Part shown: piece after piece, positions 59,340 through 64,000 of the stretch | Numbering within the stretch: the stretch's first letter is position 1 | How the letters are laid out: each line of letters begins with the position of its first letter | The notes under the pieces: model-generated | Database searches by the model: none | Seen by the model: the letters and a program-made list of their open reading frames with translations, nothing else | What the model was told of the DNA's origin: nothing | Assembly (NCBI GenBank): GCA_947457565.1 | Contig: CANGWH010000001.1 | Coordinates: 7,226 to 71,225, forward strand | Length of the DNA stretch: 64,000 nucleotides | From: Flavobacteriales bacterium | Lineage (GTDB): Bacteria; Bacteroidota; Bacteroidia; NS11-12g; UBA955 | Direction: 5' to 3' | Made by a program: the position numbers and the translations under genes

Positions 59340-60265
59340 CGATTATTTTGCGCTAATAAAAACAAAACTGCCATTCGAATAGCCACTCCATTTTCAACTT
59401 GTTGTAAAATAATAGAGTGGTTAGAATCCGCGATATCGGATGTAATTTCTACTCCACGATTTATTGGACCGGGGTGCATAATACAAATCTCTTTATTCAA
59501 GTGATCTAAACGATCTTGGGACAATCCATATAGTTTGGAATACTCTTTCAATGATGGGAAATAACGTTGATCCTGTCTTTCCAACTGAATTCTAAGCATA
59601 TTTGCCACATCGCACCATTGCAATGCCTGATTCAAATTATGGGAAACTTTAATACCTAATTTTTCGATATTTTTAGGGATAAGAGTAACGGGTCCACAAA
59701 CCATAACCTCAGCCCCTAATGTCTGCAAACAATAAATATTGCTCAAGGCCACTCTTGAGTGGAGTATATCGCCTACAATAACTACTTTTTTTCCAGCTAC
59801 TTCCCCAAATTTCTCTCGAATAGAATATGCATCCAATAAGGCTTGGGTGGGATGTTCATGGGTACCATCGCCGGCATTTACTATTTGAGCATTTACATGT
59901 TTGGCCAAAAACAAACAAGCTCCTGGAGCTGGATGTCGCATAACCACCATATCCACTTTCATGCTCAGGATATTATTAACTGTATCAATTAATGTTTCTC
60001 CTTTTTTCACGGAGGAGGATGAAGACGAAAAATTAACAACATCAGCACCTAATCTTTTTTCTGCCAATTCAAACGAGACTCTGGTTCTGGTGGAATTTTC
60101 AAAAAAGAGATTGGCGATAGTAGTATCTCGAAGAGCGGGTGTTTTTTTTACTGGACTATTTAACAGTGATTTGAAATTATCGGCTGTTTCAAAGATGGTT
60201 TGAATCTGGGATTGGGATAATCCTTTAATACCGAGCAAATGATCAAAATTATTTTCGGTGGACAT
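59336..60265 (-). CDS. pyrB: Aspartate carbamoyltransferase catalytic subunit
   Basis: STRTRVSFE carbamoyl-phosphate binding motif; HPGP motif. Confidence 0.9.
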   Translation of the reverse strand: MSTENNFDHLLGIKGLSQSQIQTIFETADNFKSLLNSPVKKTPALRDTTIANLFFENSTRTRVSFELAEKRLGADVVNFSSSSSSVKKGETLIDTVNNILSMKVDMVVMRHPAPGACLFLAKHVNAQIVNAGDGTHEHPTQALLDAYSIREKFGEVAGKKVVIVGDILHSRVALSNIYCLQTLGAEVMVCGPVTLIPKNIEKLGIKVSHNLNQALQWCDVANMLRIQLERQDQRYFPSLKEYSKLYGLSQDRLDHLNKEICIMHPGPINRGVEITSDIADSNHSIILQQVENGVAIRMAVLFLLAQNNR

Positions 60266-60804
60266 TATTTTTCATTTAATAACCAAACTTTCTCATCGTC
60301 CTGAGCCCAATCAACTCGTACATATCCTCCAGTATTTCTAGAATCAATGCTTGTACCAATATAATTGGGATCTATAGGCAATTCACGTTGAAATTTTCTA
60401 TTAACCAGCACCATCAATTCGATTTGTGAAGGTCTTCCAAAACGCATTAATGCATCGATAGAAGCTCTGATACTTCTGCCAGTATATAGAACATCATCGA
60501 TTAGTACAATTCTCAAATTTTCAGTGGAAAATTGAATATTGGATGGTTTAGGAATTAAAATATCACCCCTTCCTACATCATCTCTAAAAAATGTATGATC
60601 TAATTCTCCGTATTTACAAGCTATTTCGGGGGCTAATTCGGATAAGCTTTTAATTATTTTAGTTGCGAAAGCGAGTCCTCGAGGTTGCAGTGCAACGATA
60701 GCGGTTTGGGAAAAATCACTGTGATTTTCTAACAATTGCAGTGTTAATCGTTTTACAATTAATTGTAATTGTTGATGATTTAATAGTAATTTAGGCTGAC
60801 TCAT
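60265..60804 (-). CDS. pyrR: PyrR bifunctional pyrimidine operon regulator / uracil phosphoribosyltransferase
   Basis: PRTase fold with VLIDDVLYTGRS motif; 179 aa. Confidence 0.85.
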   Translation of the reverse strand: MSQPKLLLNHQQLQLIVKRLTLQLLENHSDFSQTAIVALQPRGLAFATKIIKSLSELAPEIACKYGELDHTFFRDDVGRGDILIPKPSNIQFSTENLRIVLIDDVLYTGRSIRASIDALMRFGRPSQIELMVLVNRKFQRELPIDPNYIGTSIDSRNTGGYVRVDWAQDDEKVWLLNEK

Positions 60805-61204
60805 TAGACATTTGGATTACGGTTTCAAATTCATCGGGAGTTAATGCAATTACAGACAATCTAGGTTGCTTTAACAAACCCATTTTAGATAAATTTGGAT
60901 TTGCTTTCATCGCTTGCAACGATACAGGAAACCTTAGGGCAGAATGCGGTTTAACATCTACTACCACCCATGCAGTTTCTGTTGTAGTTGGATCCTGGTA
61001 TGATTCTTTCACAACTTCGGCAATTCCAATAACTTCTTTGCCTTCATTAGAATGATAAAACAGGCATAAATCACCTAATTTCATAGTTACCAAATTATTT
61101 CTCGCTTGATAATTTCTTACTCCGTCCCAAAAAGTAACCTGGTCTTTTAAAAACTGGCTCCAGCTGTATTTAAACGGCTCTGATTTTATTAACCAGTAAT
61201 TCAT
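60791..61204 (-). CDS. EVE (PUA-like) domain protein (start set at MNYWLIKSEP)
   Basis: EVE family N-terminus YWLIKSEP...FSW; overlaps the pyrR start by 14 nt. Confidence 0.7.
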   Translation of the reverse strand: MNYWLIKSEPFKYSWSQFLKDQVTFWDGVRNYQARNNLVTMKLGDLCLFYHSNEGKEVIGIAEVVKESYQDPTTTETAWVVVDVKPHSALRFPVSLQAMKANPNLSKMGLLKQPRLSVIALTPDEFETVIQMSNESA

Positions 61205-61372
61205 AGGAGCAAAGAAAACCCAACTCAACGACTTTGCAAAACAGACAATACAATATGTTTTTCAGAGATAATGCACAATGTTGGTTTTTTTAACAATTTT
61301 AAATCATCTTTTTTGTCAATTAGGATTTTTTTTGTTAATTTACCCACCAATTAGGTGATAATTTTTTTAACA

Positions 61373-62194
61373 ATGTATTTAAAAGAGAATTTAAAGTTAT
61401 TGCGAAAACGCCGCAAACGAAGTCAGGAAGAAGTTTCCAAGAGTTTAACGATTACCCGTTCCGCATACAATAGCTACGAAAATGGTGTTGCTGAACCTGG
61501 AATTCAAATTTTACTTCGAATTTCGGATTACTTTCAAGTGAACATCGATAAACTGCTGCGAATTAATTTGAATCAAATATCAGAAATCCAACTATCCCAA
61601 TTGGAAAAGGGGTTTGATTTAGACTTAAGCGGCACTAGATTGCGTGTATTGGCTACTACTGTTAATTCGAAAAACGAGGAAAACATAGAATTAGTTCCAC
61701 AAAAAGCTAAAGCTGGTTACACCACGGGATATGCAGATCCAGACTTTATAAGAACATTACCTGCCTTCAGTTTACCATTTTTATCATCCAATAAAAAATA
61801 CAGGACTTTTCCTATCTCTGGGGATAGCATGCCTCCAGTTTGCGATGGTGCATATGTAACTGGGGAGTATTTACAAGACTGGAATCACGTAAAAAATGGG
61901 AATCCATACATAGTTATTACCAAGGATGATGGTATCGTTTTCAAAGTATTATACAATAGGATCGAGGAAGACGGCACATTTTTATTATGTAGCACAAATC
62001 CAATGTATGAGCCCTATTCGGTTAATGCAGAAAATATATTAGAACTATGGAAATTTGTCAATTATATAAATCCAAAATTCGAGGAGCCGAAATCTACAGA
62101 TACGGACGAATTGGGACCAACACTTAGAATAATACAGCGAGAAATAGGATTAATTAAGGATAAGGTACGAAATATTGAAGACAGAATCCATTAG
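61373..62194 (+). CDS. XRE-family HTH regulator fused to an S24 (LexA/CI-like) peptidase domain. Start moved to the first ATG; the track start at 61355 is GTG.
   Basis: HTH (LLRKRRKRSQEEVSKSLTITRSAYNSYENG); S24 catalytic Ser in PISGDSMPP; C-terminal Lys region. Confidence 0.75.
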   Translation: MYLKENLKLLRKRRKRSQEEVSKSLTITRSAYNSYENGVAEPGIQILLRISDYFQVNIDKLLRINLNQISEIQLSQLEKGFDLDLSGTRLRVLATTVNSKNEENIELVPQKAKAGYTTGYADPDFIRTLPAFSLPFLSSNKKYRTFPISGDSMPPVCDGAYVTGEYLQDWNHVKNGNPYIVITKDDGIVFKVLYNRIEEDGTFLLCSTNPMYEPYSVNAENILELWKFVNYINPKFEEPKSTDTDELGPTLRIIQREIGLIKDKVRNIEDRIH

Positions 62195-62250
62195 AATGCA
62201 TCGAAATTAGCAGAGGATGATTATTTTCGCGCAACAAAAATCGTATTTCA

Positions 62251-63237
62251 ATGAAATTCGGAAAAAAAGAATACTTACGTTGGTACCGCGAAATGATGAT
62301 GGTACGCAGATTTGAAGAGAAATCTGCTCAACTATACGGACAGCAAAAAATCAAAGGATTTTGTCATTTATATATAGGACAGGAAGCAATTGTTGCTGGA
62401 ATGGTAACTGCAATGCAAAAGGACGACAAGGTAATTACTGCATACAGAGATCATGGTCATGCGCTGGCTCTTGGTATTACACCTAATGCCGTCATGGCTG
62501 AATTATATGGCAAGTCAACGGGGTGTTCTGGTGGCAAGGGTGGTTCAATGCACATGTTTTCCAAAGAGCATAATTTTGTTGGTGGCCATGGAATTGTAGG
62601 CGCTCAAATACCATTAGGTGCGGGAATAGCATTAGCCGAACAATACCAAGGCACACAAAATGTATGTTTAACCTTTTTTGGCGATGGAGCAGTTCGTCAG
62701 GGTGCTTTACATGAGGCATTTAACATGGCTATGCTTTGGAAGTTACCTGCAGTATTTATTTGTGAAAATAATGAATATGCCATGGGAACCAGTGTAGCAA
62801 GAACAACCAATTTATTGGATATTTATAAAATTGGTTTAGCCTATGACATGCCTAGCTTTCAAGTTGATGGTATGAAATGTGAAACTGTACACGAAGCTAT
62901 TTATGAAGCTTGTGAACGAGCTCGCAGAGGTGAAGGTCCAACCTTTCTTGAGATTAAAACCTATCGTTACCGAGGACATTCAATGAGTGACCCAGCTAGT
63001 TATAGAACGAAAGAAGAAGTTGCAGATTATAAAACGAAAGATCCTTTGGAAACTACAAAGGCTACTATTCTTTCTAAAAAATATGCTACCGAAAAGGAGT
63101 TAGATTTAATGGAAGAAGAAATCATGGAAATGGTTAACCAAAGTGTTGAGTTTGCGGAAAGCTCACCCTATCCAGATGCATCTTTATTGTTCAAACACAA
63201 CTATGTAGAAGATAATTATCCGTATATCATGGATTAA
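62251..63237 (+). CDS. pdhA: Pyruvate dehydrogenase E1 component alpha subunit
   Basis: TPP-binding motif region (GDGAVRQGALHEAFNMA; ICENNEYAMGTS). Confidence 0.85.
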   Translation: MKFGKKEYLRWYREMMMVRRFEEKSAQLYGQQKIKGFCHLYIGQEAIVAGMVTAMQKDDKVITAYRDHGHALALGITPNAVMAELYGKSTGCSGGKGGSMHMFSKEHNFVGGHGIVGAQIPLGAGIALAEQYQGTQNVCLTFFGDGAVRQGALHEAFNMAMLWKLPAVFICENNEYAMGTSVARTTNLLDIYKIGLAYDMPSFQVDGMKCETVHEAIYEACERARRGEGPTFLEIKTYRYRGHSMSDPASYRTKEEVADYKTKDPLETTKATILSKKYATEKELDLMEEEIMEMVNQSVEFAESSPYPDASLLFKHNYVEDNYPYIMD

Positions 63238-63290
63238 ATCTTGGAAAAAAATCTTTATTCTCATTATATTCGCCCCCTCTTAAAATACCA

Positions 63291-63974
63291 ATGGATATTA
63301 AGCAACAAGCCGGTAAAATTGTTAATAACATAAAAAGCTATTACGAGGAAAATCGTAAGAAGGTAAATTACATAAGTATTGGAGTAATTGGAATTACTGC
63401 ACTTGTAGTAGGATGGAATTATTATTATCTACCCAAACAAGAAGCTGAAGCGGCAGAGAAATTCAAAAAAATCCATCATTTCTTCGCCAAAGACTCGTTT
63501 GATATCGTTATTAAAGGTGATAAAAAACGTAAAATCACTTCAGCTGTAGAAATTGCTGATAAATATAGTTTTACAGCAAAAGGGAATGAAGCTGCTTTAG
63601 TAGCTGGTTTGGCCTATCTCAATAAAGGCGATTTCGACAATGCATTGGACTATCTGAACAAAGTAGAGGCTAACGATAGAGGTTTAAATCCTGCAATAAT
63701 TGCGGCTAAAGCAACCTGCTACTCAGAGAAAGGTGACTACAAAAAAGCGGCAGGTTTATTTGAGCGAGCGGCAAAGGAGTGCGATAATGATTTATCTGCT
63801 GGTTATTATGTACGAGCAGCTCAACATTATGAAAAAGCTGAAAAATTATCGGATGCGCTTTCTTGCTACGAGACAATTGCTAAAAAATACAGTACTGCTG
63901 AAGATGGAAGATATCTTCAAACAGCTGAACTTAACATCTATCGCCTAAAAGGTTTGATAGGTGATCTTAACTGA
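63291..63974 (+). CDS. Membrane-anchored tetratricopeptide-repeat protein
   Basis: N-terminal TM segment (ISIGVIGITALVVGW); TPR-like repeats (LVAGLAYLNKGDFDNALDYLNK..., AAGLFERAAKE...). Confidence 0.6.
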   Translation: MDIKQQAGKIVNNIKSYYEENRKKVNYISIGVIGITALVVGWNYYYLPKQEAEAAEKFKKIHHFFAKDSFDIVIKGDKKRKITSAVEIADKYSFTAKGNEAALVAGLAYLNKGDFDNALDYLNKVEANDRGLNPAIIAAKATCYSEKGDYKKAAGLFERAAKECDNDLSAGYYVRAAQHYEKAEKLSDALSCYETIAKKYSTAEDGRYLQTAELNIYRLKGLIGDLN

Positions 63975-64000
63975 TAGGTTCACGTGGCTACCTCACTCTC

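Noticed and set aside
61205-61354. Searched the pyr operon leader for a PyrR-binding RNA hairpin, riboswitch or attenuator
   Set aside because: No match to the PyrR box core (UCCNGNGAGG) on either strand. I report the absence as part of a finding rather than as a feature.
1-64000. Looked for CRISPR arrays, integrases/transposases, phage structural genes, restriction-modification or toxin-antitoxin pairs, and rRNA/tRNA genes
   Set aside because: None found. Intergenic gaps are all under 190 bp. No ORF shows integrase, transposase, methyltransferase or nuclease hallmarks. No regularly spaced direct repeats are present.

Overview
This is a low-GC window of Bacteroidota core chromosome. Class markers, all seen in the sequence: a bifunctional lpxC/fabZ fusion, a short 322-aa NuoG, T9SS type-A and type-B C-terminal sorting domains, and sigma-A-type promoters of the form TTTG-N19-TAnnTTTG. 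Almost every ORF is housekeeping. The window holds ribosomal proteins S1, L21 and L27, serS, cca, map, ung, rnr, fmt, folC, lpxD-lpxC/fabZ-lpxA, murF, nuoABCDEFGH, dapB, lepB, mltG, pyrR-pyrB and pdhA. Between these sit three T9SS-secreted proteins, an ECF sigma factor module, and several conserved-hypothetical envelope proteins. I found no rRNA, tRNA, CRISPR array, transposase, integrase or phage genes. I also see no obvious defence island, so I treat this as an ordinary core region with a few unexplained spots. The items most worth a second look are these. (1) A cluster of an outer-membrane barrel protein, an HU-like/SPOR protein and a glycine-rich TonB-like anchor protein sits next to folC. 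(2) A small T9SS-secreted protein carries a single CXXCH motif and is divergent from the nuo operon. (3) Strong Shine-Dalgarno sequences occur at rpsA and at the ECF sigma gene only, in a genome that otherwise lacks them. (4) The nuo operon stops after nuoH. (5) Two large polytopic GT-C-like membrane proteins of unknown function are present. (6) An EVE-domain gene overlaps pyrR, and I found no recognisable PyrR RNA box. (7) Several dyad or direct-repeat operator candidates lie in promoter regions. Many starts in the supplied ORF track are TTG or GTG rendered as M. I corrected several starts using signal peptides, terminators and promoter positions.
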